Assembly (NCBI RefSeq): GCF_964194155.1
Contig: NC_135895.1
Span: 82,708,001 to 82,772,000 of the forward strand
Direction: 5' to 3'
DNA: 64,000 bases
Origin: Cetorhinus maximus
Lineage: Eukaryota
Below the pieces are notes generated by a model. The model saw only the letters and a program-made list of their open reading frames with translations. It had not been told where the DNA came from and did not search any database. The translations under genes were made by a program, and so were the position numbers. Below, one piece after another: positions 1 to 13,704 of this stretch. Each line of letters begins with the position of its first letter. Positions within the stretch are counted from its first letter, which is position 1.

Positions 1-1119
1 CAAGCTTGTCTGCATCTGTGAAAAGAAAAGGTGGGTTAACATTTCCAGCATTTTCAAATTAAAAGTTTATTTGCTTAATTCTTTAACACCTTCTTTAAAT
101 TTCTGGTGGGTTTTAATTGTTCTGGCCAGAAGTACTTATCTGATTTCCTTACTGCAATTTTGCAGTACCATTATCTGCAAGCAATTCTCTCTGGTACACA
201 GTGTCAAGAATAAACCATGCTTTTGAACATATTATCAGTCTGTAAACATACTGTTGGTAACTGTACCCTTTAAGAGTATAAATCCTTTAAGCTCCTACAG
301 CCCTCAGGGAATTCTGTGTTTGGTTGAGAACCTTCATTCATGTTTTGATGAGTGACAATGCAAATAAATAACCACCTGGAATATATTACAGCTTCAAATG
401 CACAGCCACCTATTATTTGAAATGATACATCACAGTCAGCCCTCATGTCAATACTGGATTTTTCTATTTGAGCTTTTACATTGAAATTCATATCTTAAGT
501 TACTGCTAGTATTGTATCTGGGTTTCTCCTTCTCCATCACCACCAACCCAACATCGTGATACAAGGACATTTTACAGTATTTCAGAGGGTACTGGACTCC
601 CATATATAACATAACACCAGTGTGTCAATGCAGTTTATGACAAATGAGTTACTGAGATACAACAAACATACCTGTTCATTATCTAACATTATTTTGTGTC
701 AGAATAACAACATGTGTCACTATGGTATGATACTTTTGTAATTATGAGAGCTTGCAGTAGATTACACTGTGCATTCAGTCGATTACACTGTGCGTTTGAG
801 AAGCTAGGCTCCTGGACCACGTCTAATTCCATTTCTGTAGGGTACTGAGGTTAGTATGAGTTAGGCAATTCCATCATCTGTTACTGTTAATCATTTTCAG
901 AAGATGGGGTCATGTTACATGAATGGTGATGACTCAGTGCTCTACCTCATTGCCTCCTCCTTCATGACAATACTCTTCAACTGACTATATCTGGATGAGC
1001 CAAAACTTCATGCTGCCATGTCCAACCCATTATTGTTTTTCAGACTGAAGAGAAGAGCACAGTGGAGCCCAAGGGTTGGTTTTAGGATTACGGCTTTTTT
1101 TGGGTTTTTCTAAGCAGTG

Positions 1120-2035
1120 ACCTGGACTTGGGTATAAAGGGCATAATTCCAACATTTGCCAAAGAAGCAAAACTCGGAAACGTAGTATACAGTGAGGAAG
1201 TTACTAGGACAGAGACAGATTAGTAAAATGATCAGACACCTGGTAGATGACAGTGTCAAGAAGTGTTAAGTAATATATTTTGGTAGGAAGAACCAGCATA
1301 ATTTAGGAAGAATTTCAAGGTCTAGCAGAGGATACAGAGTCATGAACTTTAGTTACCAGGGATGATGGACTTCATTTATATGCAGGATCAGACGCTGGGA
1401 TTGTTGTCCTTAGGGCAGAGAATGTTAAGCAGAACTTTAAAATAGATGTTCAAAATTAAGGGTATGATAGAATAAATTAGGAGAAACTATTTCCACTGGC
1501 AGGAAGATCAGCAATCCACAGGACACAGATTTATGGTAATTGCTAAGAACCAGAGGGGAGATGAGTTTTTTTTTTAAATGCAGAGAGCTATAATAATATG
1601 GATTGCACTGCCTGAAAGAATGGTAGAAGCAGAATCAGGGGGGGAAGAAACTTCTTTGCAAAGCTGACATCAATTCCCTGGGGACAGGCAGCACCTAAGA
1701 CGTAAACCTGTGCAGCCTACACAGGCTTCCTCATCGATACCATTGCCTAATGCCTCATGACTTCTGGGGACTCAGTGTAGTTTGTGTAGCCCCCCACAGC
1801 ACTAAGCAAATATTTCCTCCTCAATATTTATTTCCAGGCATTGCATTCCATATTAACTCACTATGTTTAAAAAAGCTCTCATTTCCATCTCTGATTCTTT
1901 TGCCAATTAGCTTAAATCTGAAAGGGAAAAATTTGCAGGGCTATGAGGAAAGAACAGGGGTGTGGGACTAAATTCTTTCAAAGAGCTGGCACAGGCAAAA
2001 CGGACTGAAAGGCCACCTTCTGTGGTGCATGATTT
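1120..2035 (+). mobile_element. Old, degraded CR1-type LINE 3' fragment (interrupted)
   Basis: Remnants of the KFADDTKL / W.M.F..KC.V / GLFSLE.R motifs and a CR1-like 3' tail. Confidence 0.6.
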
Positions 2036-2039
2036 TTTG

Positions 2040-2730
2040 ATGCCTCTGGTCTTGACTCCATCAATCTCCCTTATTACCACATCATACTGAGTCAGTAAGT
2101 GCAGAACCTTCATGTGCTCTTCAATCTCTTCTCTCCACCCAATCTACTTTTAGCAAGACTGTTGTCTTGAACTTCTACAATATCACCTGACTGCCCCTCA
2201 CTCTCCTTGTTCACTGATGATATCCTTGAATCAAGCTTTTATCATCACAAGGCTTGACTTTTTTTATCACTGTCAAAATTGGCCCCCCTGGATCAATTCT
2301 CCACAATCAAACTGCAAGCCATATTCTCACCAATGCCAAGTCCCATACTGCTACGTACACCCATCTTCTCCAAGCTGCACTGACGTCCTAAGGAAGTGAC
2401 TTTTGTGTCCTGGTTTTCAAATCTCTTCGTGGCCATAAATCATTCCAATTTGATGACCTTCCCAGCCTAGTCTCTAATGTGCCCTCCCCTCCAACAATGA
2501 TTCTTCTTGTTCCCAATTCCTTCTGCTTCCTCACAGCCAGTTCCTTCTTTAGCCACTATATTTCTGCTCTCTAACTTGTTTCCTCTGTCTTGCCATCTCT
2601 CAGCCTGTTTTCAGAAACTGCCTTAAAACCTTTGCCAAGAGTGGTTTTAACTTCCATACACTACTTATACATTTTCCTCCCTTTCTCCTTGTTTAATATT
2701 TACTCTTTTGTCTTCTGTAATGTAAATCAC
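2040..2730 (+). mobile_element. Ancient L2-type LINE 3' fragment
   Basis: Degenerate ...AFIITRLDF... (L2 C-terminal LVTSRLDY-like motif) and a pyrimidine-rich L2 3' region. Confidence 0.5.
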
Positions 2731-4354
2731 TTGAAAAAAAAATCTACACCTGAGAAGAATGTTGGCAAGGAAAAGACAGTCTATTGACACTCTCCCATAC
2801 ACTTATGTTCCACTGAGCATCATGATTTTCAATGTTTCCCTTCCAATGGCCGAGGCATAAAAAAATCAAGAAAATTCCTAGTTCAACCCAAGGAAAAATA
2901 AACTTCAAGGAAAATCCTCTCTGACTCCCAAAAGGTGGTCAGAAATGAGTTACAGGAGAAAACTGAAGGAAGGAATTTGATGCATTTGCTGGGTATACCT
3001 ACATTTCACATACTAAAGAGTTCTGGTCTTAGCTGAACAGCAAGGTAAGGTCAGGAGATTTACACAAGCAGAGGAAGAAACTCAAGATTAACCAAGTTGC
3101 TAGCTAGCTGGTTTACAGAGGAGAACTGAGTCTACCCGAAAGTTGTCGCCTGGTTGCTCTTTCGGGGTTACTGCATGGATCAGGGAGGAGAAAATAACTG
3201 AGGCGGGTGAGGGTGGCGTGGGGGGGGGACTTAAAGAGGTGACAACAGCATCATTAGTAGCTAACAGCTTTCAAAAATCAAATTTAGGTTCTCATCTTGC
3301 GCAAATAGCTTTGTCTTTTACCCATTTAAAATAATTGTGACAGAATAAAGTAGCACAGCAGTGATTTTATTGTGGTATCAATAAATTACATATATTCCTT
3401 AAACACGGACTGTGGGAGGACCAATGCATGTGGGTGTATTGCTTAGGTGGTTTTAAACATAGAAATGCCTCAAGAAATCTTTTTCATCCACTCTTTGTGA
3501 TCAACTCTTTAATTAGATCTCTCTGCAGCTCTCTTATATTGGCCGTCTCTTAATTTAAGTTCTGCCAGCACAGTATCTGGATCTATGAGTCTGTGAAAAT
3601 TGGATTTAATAACAAACTTCCAGAATCTGAGTGCAAGGAAGATCAATATAAAGTAAGCTTTTTGTTTCTTTAACAACAGGCAGTCATCCCATGAGTGTTG
3701 GAACAATTAAGAAAATTCACTTAAATTTTATAAGGAATTCTCCAAAAGCCTGAGCAATGTCTTCACAGACTCAGTTGGTTGAGATAACTCTAAAAAAAAC
3801 ACTTATAAAAACAAAAACAAACCTGTGTTTAAAGAGCAGTTAGCACATGAAAAAAATTCCAATGACAACACAAGGTGGAGAGACAGGAGAAGGAAAAGAA
3901 GGAACAGTGAAGTTAAGAGATCAAAAGGCCTCTGCACACCGAGTAGGGGGGACAGAGAAGGGAAAAAAAGAGGGGGAAGGCATGGTTAAAAATAACAGTT
4001 TCAAATGGATGTTTGAAGGCATGGAGGGATGTAGTGAGTTCTGTGGTTTTACTGAGGATTTTAGAGACTCAATGATAGTGCCCTGATGGCAAAGTGTGTA
4101 CAGCTTAAGCGATGCAGAGTCACAGGAGCAAAAGGTATGGGCTGGGGTGATGTGAGTAGCACCATGGAGTGGCAGAGGGATAAGAGAGGCAAAAACTACT
4201 CCAGGCATCTCAAGAGTAGCCAATTGCACCCAGACATCAATGGAAGTTCATAAGCAGGGAACCCTCTGAGACACAGTTGACACCTGGGAATATGCACAAA
4301 ATAAAAGGAAGTCACACCCTTGAATACAATGAAGAAAATTACTCTGTCAAAAAA

Positions 4355-5650
4355 AAACTTATATTTATACAGCTATCATATTCACGAGATTTCTCAGGCA
4401 TTTCACAGCCAAAGAATGACTTTTGAAGCGCAATTACTAATAAAGGCAAATACAGCTATTAATTTGCACAGAGCAAGGCCCCATAAACATAAAGTTAAAT
4501 AAATAACCAGATAATTTGGTTAAAAGAACATCCTCCGTCCTTTCTGCCACTTCCAGCTCAAAGCCACCAAAAGCATCTTGCGTCCCCCCACCAGCCCTTT
4601 CAGCCTTCTGAAAACAATGCTCTCTGTGTGGCACCCTGATCCGCTCTGCAATCTCCCCCAACAACCCCTCCCCTTCCCTTTACATGCAAGTGCAGGAGGT
4701 GCAACACCTGCCCTTTTACCTTCTCCCCTCTCATTGTTAGAAGTCTTAAACACTCCTTCTAGGCAAAATATTGATCTACACATACTTGTACTTCTTTCTA
4801 TTAGTATATGGTATTGACTGCTCACAATACAGCCCCAATAGGTGATCGCTTTGTGGAATGCCTCGTTACATCCGCAAGCGTGACCCCAAGCTTCTGGTCG
4901 CCTGTTGTTTTAATTCTTCATCCCATTCTCACTCTGACCTTCATCTCCTCAGTGTTCCAATGAAGCTCAACAAAAACCCGAAATACAGCATTCATCATTT
5001 GATGAAGCACTTTACAGCCTTCCGGACTCAACATTAAGTTCAATAGTTTTTGACTATAACCTCTGCCCCATTTTGTTCCCCTTCACTTTCGTCCTTTTGT
5101 TTTTTATTTGTTTTCAGATGGCAGCAATTCATGATTCTGCCATTCACACCACCTCCAGAAACATCTATTGTTTCTTTACTTGTCCCACTACCATCTCATT
5201 TTGCCTCGCACCATCAACCTTTTTGTCATTTAATCTCTGCTGCTTTCGCGTTATCTATCACAGACTTAGCCTTTTGCTCTTTGTTTCCCACTGTCAGTGC
5301 CTCTATACTTGCTTAAAACCTGTTACATCTCCAACTTTTTCCAGTTCTGATGAAAGGTCATTAACCTGAAATGTAACACTATTTCTCTCTCCACAGATGC
5401 TGCCAGACGTGCTGAGTATTTCTCACATTTTCTTTTTTTATTTCAGATAATATGTTTCAGTGGCTTTGGCTGAGGGGTAGATGTTAGCCAGAACATTAGA
5501 ATTAACCTGGTGCCCTTCAACTGGTATGGTGGCATTTTTATGTCCACCTGAAGAGGCAGACGGCACCTTAGTTTAACAGTTCATCCAAAAGATGGAACCT
5601 TCAATGATCCAACACTGTACTGAAGTGACAACCTAGGTTATATGCTCAAG
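4355..5650 (-). mobile_element. Deu-domain SINE (SacSINE1/AmnSINE-like) split by a Penelope insertion
   Basis: SINE halves at about 4355-4515 and 5450-5650 (tccacctgaagaggcagacgg...gtttaac...catccaaaagatgg). CAGATAAT occurs on both sides of the insert. Confidence 0.6.
4520..5447 (+). mobile_element. Penelope-like element 3' fragment (decayed GIY-YIG endonuclease plus pLTR tail)
   Basis: Colinear with the better preserved copy at 54215-56565; carries a hammerhead remnant at 5343-5377. Confidence 0.75.
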
Positions 5651-5769
5651 TACACATTAATGACAAACTCATATCATGAAAACACATCACACATCTGCAA
5701 AAGATGGTTTAGGGTAACATATGGGGCATCTATAATTGCAGTGCCACTGCCAAATGATTTTGCTTCACA

Positions 5770-6320
5770 CCACATCCACTCCGTCCCTCAACAACATCCA
5801 CATTTATATCATCTGTGCCTTCCCCTACCTCAGTCCATCTGCTACTAAAACCCTCATTCATGCCTCGTTTACCTCCAGTCCCTATTATTTCAATGCTCTC
5901 TTGGTCTCTCATCCTTCACTCTCAGTATACTTCAGCTCATCAACAAATCTGTGCCTGAATCCTATCCCACACTCACTCATCATCCCTATCCTTGATGACC
6001 CACTTTGGCTGTTGTTCCCCCATGACTTAAATTAAAAAAGTTTTTTGTGGCCTCATCCCAAGCTCTCTGTTCCTCTGACACTGGCATCTTGTACATCCCT
6101 CCACCTTCACTCTATGGCTTAGAATTTCTTCTCTCAAGCTCTTCATCTCCCTCTCCTCTTCAAAACCCTCCTCTTGACCTATTTCTTTCACCAAACTTTT
6201 TATCATCCCTCCAAATACCTTTCTTTGGCTGAATATCCATCCTTTGATTATACTTCTGTGAAATGCCTTGGATTGTTTTTATACATTTAAGACACTATAT
6301 TTAAGGAAAGTTGTTGCAAT
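5770..6320 (+). mobile_element. L2-type LINE 3' fragment
   Basis: TLIHASFTSSPYYFNALL motif and an L2 tail (tgtgaaatgccttgga...ctatat...aagttgttg). Confidence 0.65.
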
Positions 6321-6464
6321 TAGTAAATATATTAAAACATAGTGAATTGAAAACATTAAGAAACAGGCTATGTTCGAAACCTCTGCATTGTAACTAAACC
6401 AAACACATCATTGTTCACAGTGAAGTCCATAACAGAACAGATCCATATAAATTTGTCCGGCGCA

Positions 6465-7418
6465 AGGGTTGGTATTGGGACCCTTGCTTTTCCTGATACA
6501 TATATATATATATAAATTATCTAGATCTTGGTGTGCAGGGGACAATTTCAAAGTTTGCAGATGACACAAAACTTGGGAGAATTGTAAACCATGAGGAAGA
6601 CAATGTAGAACTTCAAAAGAACAATGACACATTGGTGGAGTGGGCAGATAGGTGGCAGATGAAGTTCAATGTGGAGAATAAAGGATACTATTCTAAAGGG
6701 TGTGCAGGAGCAGAAAGACCTGAGTGTATATGCACAAAGTCATTAAAGGTGGCAGGACAGGTAGAGAAAGCTGTTTCTAAAGCATACAGTATTCTAGGCT
6801 TCAAGGGGCATAGAGTACAAGAGTAGGGAGGTTTTGATGAACTTATATAAGACACTAGTTATACCTCAGCTGGAGTATTGTGTACAGTTCTGGGCACCAC
6901 ACTACAGGAAGGATGTAAACGCAATGGAGAGAGTGCAGAAGAGGCTTACAAGAATGGTTCCAGGGATGAGACACTTCAGTTAGGAGGAAAGATTGGAGAA
7001 GTTGGGGCTGTTTTCCCTGGAGAGGAGAAGGCTAAGAGGAGACTTGATAGAAGTTTTCAAAATCATGAGGGGTCTGGACAGAGTAGATAGGGAGAAACTG
7101 TTCCTGCTCATAAACAGATCAGAACCAGAGGGTACAGTTTTGAAGTGTTTTGCAAAAGAAGCAAACGCAAGGTGAGAAAAACCTTTTTCACACAGCGAGC
7201 AGTTAGGATTTGGAATGCACTGCCTGGAAATGTGGTGGAGGCAGGTTCAATTGAGGCATTCAAGAGGGCATTGGATGATTATTTAAATAGAAAACATGTG
7301 CAGGGTTATGGGGAAAAGGCAGGAAATTGGCACTAAGTTAAAATGCTCAGAGAGTCAGTGCAGACACAATAGGCCGAATGGCCTCCTTCTGCACCATAAC
7401 AATCCTGTGATTCTGTGG
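6465..7418 (+). mobile_element. CR1/HER1-type LINE, 5'-truncated
   Basis: ISKFADDTKLG, EWADRWQMKFN, LEYCVQFW, GLFSLERRRLRGDLIEVFKIM; 3' tail ggccgaatggcctccttct. Confidence 0.9.
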
Positions 7419-7679
7419 AAATTCAGTCTTGTCCAAGTTAAGCTGCAGTGTATTATCAGTTACTTGGGCAGCGCTGCTCCCCTCTGTAAGCACAGACAGT
7501 TTATTTAATCAAACCCATTTAAGGTTACTACATTCATTGTTCTTGGCGCACACTTACAGGGAATTGGCATTGTCAGAACCCCAGCCTTGGACTATATGAA
7601 TTCCAACATTAAAATGTGCCTCAATCAGAAGGTTGTACATTGGACTTGGAAATGGAACCGGAAGGGACTTCACAACAAC

Positions 7680-8545
7680 AGTTTGTATTTATATGGAGTC
7701 TTTAATGCAGCAAAATGTTTCAAGGCAGTTCAAAGGAATTTTATCAAACAAAATATGATGGCGAATCACATCAGGAAGGGAAGGTATTTGGGCCAGTGTC
7801 AAAAGCCTGGTAAAAGAAGTAGGTTTTAAGGAGCATCTTAAAAGGAGGAAGATAGAAAGAAAGATGGAGAGGTTTAAGGAGGGAATTCCAGAGCTTAAAA
7901 CTTTGGCAACTGAATGCCTGCTTACCAATTATGCAGTGATTAAAATTGGAGATGCTTAGGAGGCTAAAACTAGAGGAGCATAGACATGGTGGAGGGTTGT
8001 GGTACTGGAGAAAATTACAGAGACAGGGAGGGCTGAGGCAATGGACAGATTTGAAAAGAAGGATAAGAATTTTAAAATTGAGGCACTGCTTATGCAGGAG
8101 CCAATGTAGGTTTGCGTGCACAAAGATGGTGAGTGAATGGGATGTGGTGTGAGTTAGGGTTGCAGCATTTTGGATGACCTCATGTTTATGTAGGATGGAA
8201 TGTGGGAGGCCAGCCAGGAGTGCACTGGGAGTTCATTAGAATAGTCAAATCAATAGGTAACAAAGGCACATATGAAGGTTTCAGCAGAAAATGAGCTAAG
8301 GCAGGAACAGAGTTAAGTGATGTTACAGAGCTGGAGATAGACACTCTCAGTGATCGAGCGGATCAAAGGTTGGAAGCTAATTTCAGGATCAAATATGACA
8401 TTATGGTGAATAATCTGGTTCAGCCTCAGACAGTTGCCAGAAGAGGGATGGAGTAGGTGGCGAGGGAACAGAATTTATGTTGGGGACAGAAAATAATAGC
8501 TGACTTTCCAACATTTAATTGGTGGAAATTTCTGCTCATCCAGTA
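7680..8545 (-). mobile_element. L2-type LINE 3' fragment
   Basis: Minus-strand ORF LHWL...FKILILLFKS...KLWNSL...FKMLLKTYFF is the typical L2 C-terminus. Confidence 0.8.
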
Positions 8546-8599
8546 CTTCAAATTCTAGACAACTATTCTAGACACTGGTAGAATCTGAAATCCATGTTC

Positions 8600-11519
8600 C
8601 AATCTTACTGAGGTTTTTGTTCAGGAACTGGGGATTGTGTATGAATGTTCCAAAACAGTAACAGGAACTTCAGCAACTTCTACATTAAAGAGTCAGCTGA
8701 CTGTTCTCAGAGTAGGTAGCTCAGGAGAAAAAATGTTGTCAGCTTTGGAGAGCACTGCCTGGCCTCAGTAGTTGAGCTACTGAGGGGTTGGGTGAGGAAG
8801 AAAGACTGGCAATAACTTTGGGGGGAAAAGGGAGAGGAGGGGGCCAGGAAAGCGAATGGATGATGTACAGAAAATTGGTGCAATGAATGACATTCATGAA
8901 AGTTACAGATGCTTTCATCCCTTGAGAAACTATTTTTCTTCTGTAAAATTTTCAAGAATGCAGTTAAAAAAATCAACTTCAGAGGCATTTGTAAGGTAGC
9001 TTGGAACAGCAGAACTTGTATTGTGAAGACCAAGTATTGGGGGCACATTTATACAAATGTACTAAATGTGCCTGCTCAGTTAACAGGATATTGATTGAAG
9101 TCACACTCCAAGCAAAAGAGAGGTTTTTTTCTGGAGGTGAGGAAGTGGGATGGTGATGACAGGGAAATTAATGGTACGGATTGGAAATTATACAGAGAGC
9201 CTACAACTGGGCCCTTTAATAAACTGATGTTATAATTATTCATCTTAGTTAAGCTCCCTTACTCAAAGCTTGAGCTGGGTCCCAAAAAAAACAGAACAAA
9301 TCCACAAGATCTTCTAAAGACGTTTACTCCTGCTGTGGACAATCTGGAGTCTTTTTGAACGTTAATACCATCAAACCTGCTCTGTGCAGACAAGACATTA
9401 TAGCCCCTTTTTAGTCTTAATTGATCACGGTGGTGGACAGGAGTACCACGGTACATTGTCCTTCTGTGTTGCACTCGCCAAAAGTAAACTTAAATTCACT
9501 AACAAGTTATAAAAATGTCATAACATTTACCACAGAATATTGAATTTAAAGGTGTATGTCGCAAAAGTGTACATAAATTACTTGAACAGATGACAAACAA
9601 TAAACTTTAATGGAGCACAGAAACATTCTCAACTTCACAGCCTCTCCAGAAGGAGCTGAAAAAAATTGAATCTCAAAATAAATTATATAAATGAGGAAAG
9701 CATGAACATAGAACTTCTAGGTGCAACTTTTTAAAAAAATCACAATTCTGAGCTATTGGAAAGAAACAAATAAGACCCTCAACTTAGTACAACACAATCA
9801 ACTTTCTCAGGCTGCACTTTGAACAGCCCTGGGTTACATTTGTGAACAAGAAAGCAAAAACATGTTCTTTGTTGTTGGAATAAACAGCTTCAATGGTAAC
9901 AGGTTATTGATAGAGGCAACTGGTGTCACTGGAATAGACTGACTAGGTTTGCTGGGTGGAGTTCTTGGTGATAGTGGGAGTTGCTCAATTGAGATAATTG
10001 AACAAAAAATGAGCCTCCTTCAAGCACACCTGCTGTTTGATTATAATGCAGCTGATAAACTTCAGTGAACTAGCCAAGATGCCCAAAACTCGGTATCTCA
10101 GCTTGCATCTGATTGCAAAAGAACTGTGCACTGAACTGCTGAGTCTTGACAAGAACAATCATGGAAATGGTTGATTCGAACTCAAATTTAATTGATCACA
10201 AACTGCATTAAAATATGCTACTCTACTGAGCCAAGAGACATAGGTCTGATTCTTGACCAGTGATGCAGAGTTGTTCACATCAGCCTGGTCAGTGATAGAA
10301 AATGATAACATTGCTGCATCATTGCCGGGCTCATTGTGAAAAAGAAAAGTAAATCAGGATTCCTGCTCCTGATCATAAATTCAGGAGCTGCTGCTGGTAG
10401 CGAGACATCATATCATGCAGGAATGCCCTTGGTTGTGGGGAGTCAACATGGACAACTAACCTGGACTCACTGTGCACAGGCTTGCACTTAAACAACAATT
10501 AAAGCAACTTGGACAATGTATCTGAGGTCTTTAGGAGCCTGGGCCTATGCTTTAGAGAGATAGGAAGTGGTAAGAGGATAAAATGTGTCCAGTGTTGAAT
10601 AGACCTGAATCTTCCACAAATATTTTCCACAATAATCTTTTCAAGAATTTGGTCACATCATTGCTGACACAAATGCGCTTCACTGTACTTTTCACTGTTG
10701 TGGGTGGGCTCATTCAGACGATTAAACACATTTCTTAGTTGCTACAATCACAGGTTTGGCCTTTGTGGAACAGACACGCTGCCCAAAAGCTTTAAAAATG
10801 AACTTTTCAGAAAAAGACACAAGGAACAAGAATCAAAAGCATAACAAGCCTAAGCTCTGGACTGCTGCTTTTTGAATCAGTAAAAGCAAAAGGTTTCATA
10901 GCTTGAACATTGATGTTCCTTTTCCACTAATGGCTAATGGATTAGTGGAATTAAAGGAAAATAAGCTCTCTAGTGGTTTTTGAATGTTACAATTTTTTGA
11001 GAAATTACATGAATGCTCATTTTATGTAGTCATTCTATATTTCAATTACAAAGCACATTGATGCATCAAGGTTTCACTGTGCAGATGTGCTTGCTCTGGA
11101 AACAGCAATTTTGTGAAGGAAGATTAAGAATTCTTAGGACTACTGCTTTTGCTGAATGGGCTATGGTTGGTTTTCACTCTAAACATTTCATCTCCCAAAG
11201 CCATTGATTGTGACATTTCATAAGCAAAATCTGTTCAAAGCAAGAATTTTGTTTTCAACAGACCAAAGTGAAACTGCTGTAAATGTTAGTTGCGGATAAT
11301 CAGAGTCATCTAAGATCAGAACAAATTAGGTTGGGTTAAGTTTTACTGCATCAGCTTAGGTTATATCAAATTTTTTTAAAAATTCTCTCGCCAATCATTT
11401 TGTTTTTTTTAAGTTGGACAAGAATTGGATCACATGCCCACCTTGGATTCAAACTTGGCCCTGTGACCTTGTGGGTAACAGTGCAGTGATTCAAAACATT
11501 GTATAGTTTTAGCCAAGCA
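8600..11519 (-). other. Putative 3' UTR / 3' flank of the distal terminal exon
   Basis: AT-rich and free of young TEs, directly after the stop. Candidate ATTAAA signals on the minus strand at 9606-9611 and 9215-9220, followed by U/GU-rich sequence. The true end cannot be determined. Confidence 0.45.
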
Positions 11520-11749
11520 CTATTGGTAAAGTTTGAACCCGTTTACTTGGGCAGACTCTGTGATGATGGGAGGTGCCGTGTGGGTAGGTGCAGGTGATGG
11601 ACGCTGGTACGAATCCGTGTGGTTTTCCCGGTGCTCTCGTAGAAAGGCGGGGATAGATGACGACTTTATGTGAATGATTCTGGTGGCCATCACCTCACAA
11701 TCAATCTGCATCATCACCTCATGATCTTTTGGTTCATTGATTAAACTTT
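11520..11749 (-). CDS. Distal terminal coding exon: (E)SLINEPKDHEVMMQIDCEVMATRIIHIKSSSIPAFLREHRENHTDSYQRPSPAPTHTAPPIITESAQVNGFKLYQ*
   Basis: Strong acceptor with branch point (gctaatttgcctctctgtttttttatatttcag|AAAGT). Phase 1 matches exon 47103-47194. Sequence is non-repetitive and CpG-retaining, ends in TAA, and is followed by about 3 kb of TE-poor DNA. Confidence 0.85.
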
Positions 11750-12149
11750 CTGAAATATAAAAAAACAGAGAGGCAAATTAGCAAGTTCAGTGAGTGGGAT
11801 GCTCGATAACAAATTAAAGCACAACCAATCACTGACAATAACTTGATCCAGTCTCTGAATCCTGATATTAAATTTACTACTATTATCTTTCCCTGCAATG
11901 TTGCCAATCTGAGTTCAGTGAGTTCAGAGAAGCTCCATTTTCAAGCTGAGAACATGGATCCTTTCTTTCCATACACCAGCCAGTGAAAGCAATTTAAAAA
12001 TGGTCCTAAATTACAATTTTACCTCTCAGTTAACTGCGTCTATATTGAAATAATGGTCAGTTTGGCAATAAATAGTTACAGAATGAAGATAACTGATATA
12101 AATAAAAAGGAAAAAGTAACCAGCAATTGAAATAAAATCAGAAAACAAC

Positions 12150-12385
12150 CAATATACACAGAACAGAAACTCCATCTGTACAGAGAACTGTTCACTATCA
12201 CTCAAGGTGTCTTGACTTCCGTCCCCCTTAGTTTGGTGCAGTACAATTACTAGTTCTGATGAAGGACCCATGTCCAAAACATAAATTTGTCTTATTTCTT
12301 TATAGGTACTGACATGCCTACTGTGTATTTTCAGAATCATCTGTGTTTGTTTATTAAAACAACAGAACCAAAAGTTGCAGCTGTT
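12150..12385. mobile_element. Decayed, inverted Penelope pLTR remnants
   Basis: agttCTGATGAaggacccatgtccAAAAcat core at about 12252-12283, flanked by tail fragments in opposite orientations. Confidence 0.55.
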
Positions 12386-12659
12386 GTATAGAGAAAAAGT
12401 ACATCTCAATGTAAATTATTGCTTGAAGTCAAATTTGTTTCAAAATGTGTTCTTTATACATGGGAGACACAGTTAGTGTCCATCCCTGCTTGCCCATCCC
12501 TCTTGTGCCGCCTTTACTTTCTTTATAATAATTGCTTTTAAAGCTGATCAGCTTGCGAGGGCATTCAAGGTCAAATAATTTTTTTGTGGGACTGGAGTCT
12601 TTCGCAGGTCTGATGGGTGAGGCAATGTAGATTTCCTTCCATGAAGTATACAAGTGTTT

Positions 12660-13040
12660 TTTATTCTTTCATGGGATGTGGGTGTCGTTGCTACCCATCC
12701 CGACTTACCCTTGAACTGGGTGGCTTGCTAGACCGTTCCAGAGGGCTTTTAAGAGTCAACCACATTGCTGTGGATCTGGAGTCACATGTACACCAGACCA
12801 GGTAAGGATGGCAGATTTCCTTCCCTAAAGGACATTAGTGAACCAGACGCGTTATTACAACAATCAATGGTAGTTGTCATGGTCGTCATTACTGAGATTA
12901 GCTTTACATTCCAGATTTATTTAGTGAATTTAAATTCCACCAGCTGCCTTGGTGGTATTTAAACCTATGTCCCCAGATTATTAACCTGGGCCTCTGGATT
13001 ATTAGCCCAGTGACATTATCACTGTGCCAAAGTCTCCCTG
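12660..13040 (-). mobile_element. tRNA-derived SINE
   Basis: Reverse complement of the family seen at 32176, 48146 and 57631; A/B-box-like head, tail catcccatgaaagaataaa. Confidence 0.85.
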
Positions 13041-13704
13041 ATGAGTAAACTGGTTGTATGACAAGCAAGTGACTTTCAATGGTCTTTTTTTCTGCTGTCA
13101 GCTCACCCATTACCAGACTTGTTGAATGTGTGCCCTCAAATTCACCACACCAGTTCTGTGGCTTGGCCAGCAACTACATTCAGGGTTTCCACATTAGCTT
13201 CACAAACGGTCATTAAAGGACAAGCATATGCATACGTACACACACACACGCACACAAACTATTCAAATATTTGCCGATTTTAGTTAAAAATCTAACTGTA
13301 TCAGATGTTGTTATTAAGTTTGACTGCCCTTGACTGCTGCTTTGGATGGCAAAAGAAATCAAAAATATGGAAGTGCATATAAAAGATGGTACTGAAATTG
13401 ATAGAAAAATGGTGAAATATATCATTAAAATGGTCAACTCTACAAAGCTTCGGGGACTGTGTGGAGGATTTGGTGTTGGAGCAAATACAGGGAAGCAAGA
13501 ATAAAATCACTTAGTCTCTCTATTAAAAAGGGGGGTACAATGCATGCTTACAAAAGAAGCCAGTCTATTTTCTTTCCATCTAAATTAATGGAAAGAAAAT
13601 CAGCGCAGTTCCTTGATAGACTTAGACTCTGATGCCCAATTTTCCAACTTTTGCTAGTCCCGGGAGCATATCAAAGGAACTTCCCTGGTGTGCATATAAA
13701 GCCG

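Noticed and set aside
760-797. Small tandem duplication gattacactgtgc x2
   Set aside because: Ordinary slippage-scale duplication with no further structure.
11520-11749. Assigning a gene symbol to the host gene
   Set aside because: The peptide looks like a conserved vertebrate C-terminus, but I cannot place it reliably without a database search.
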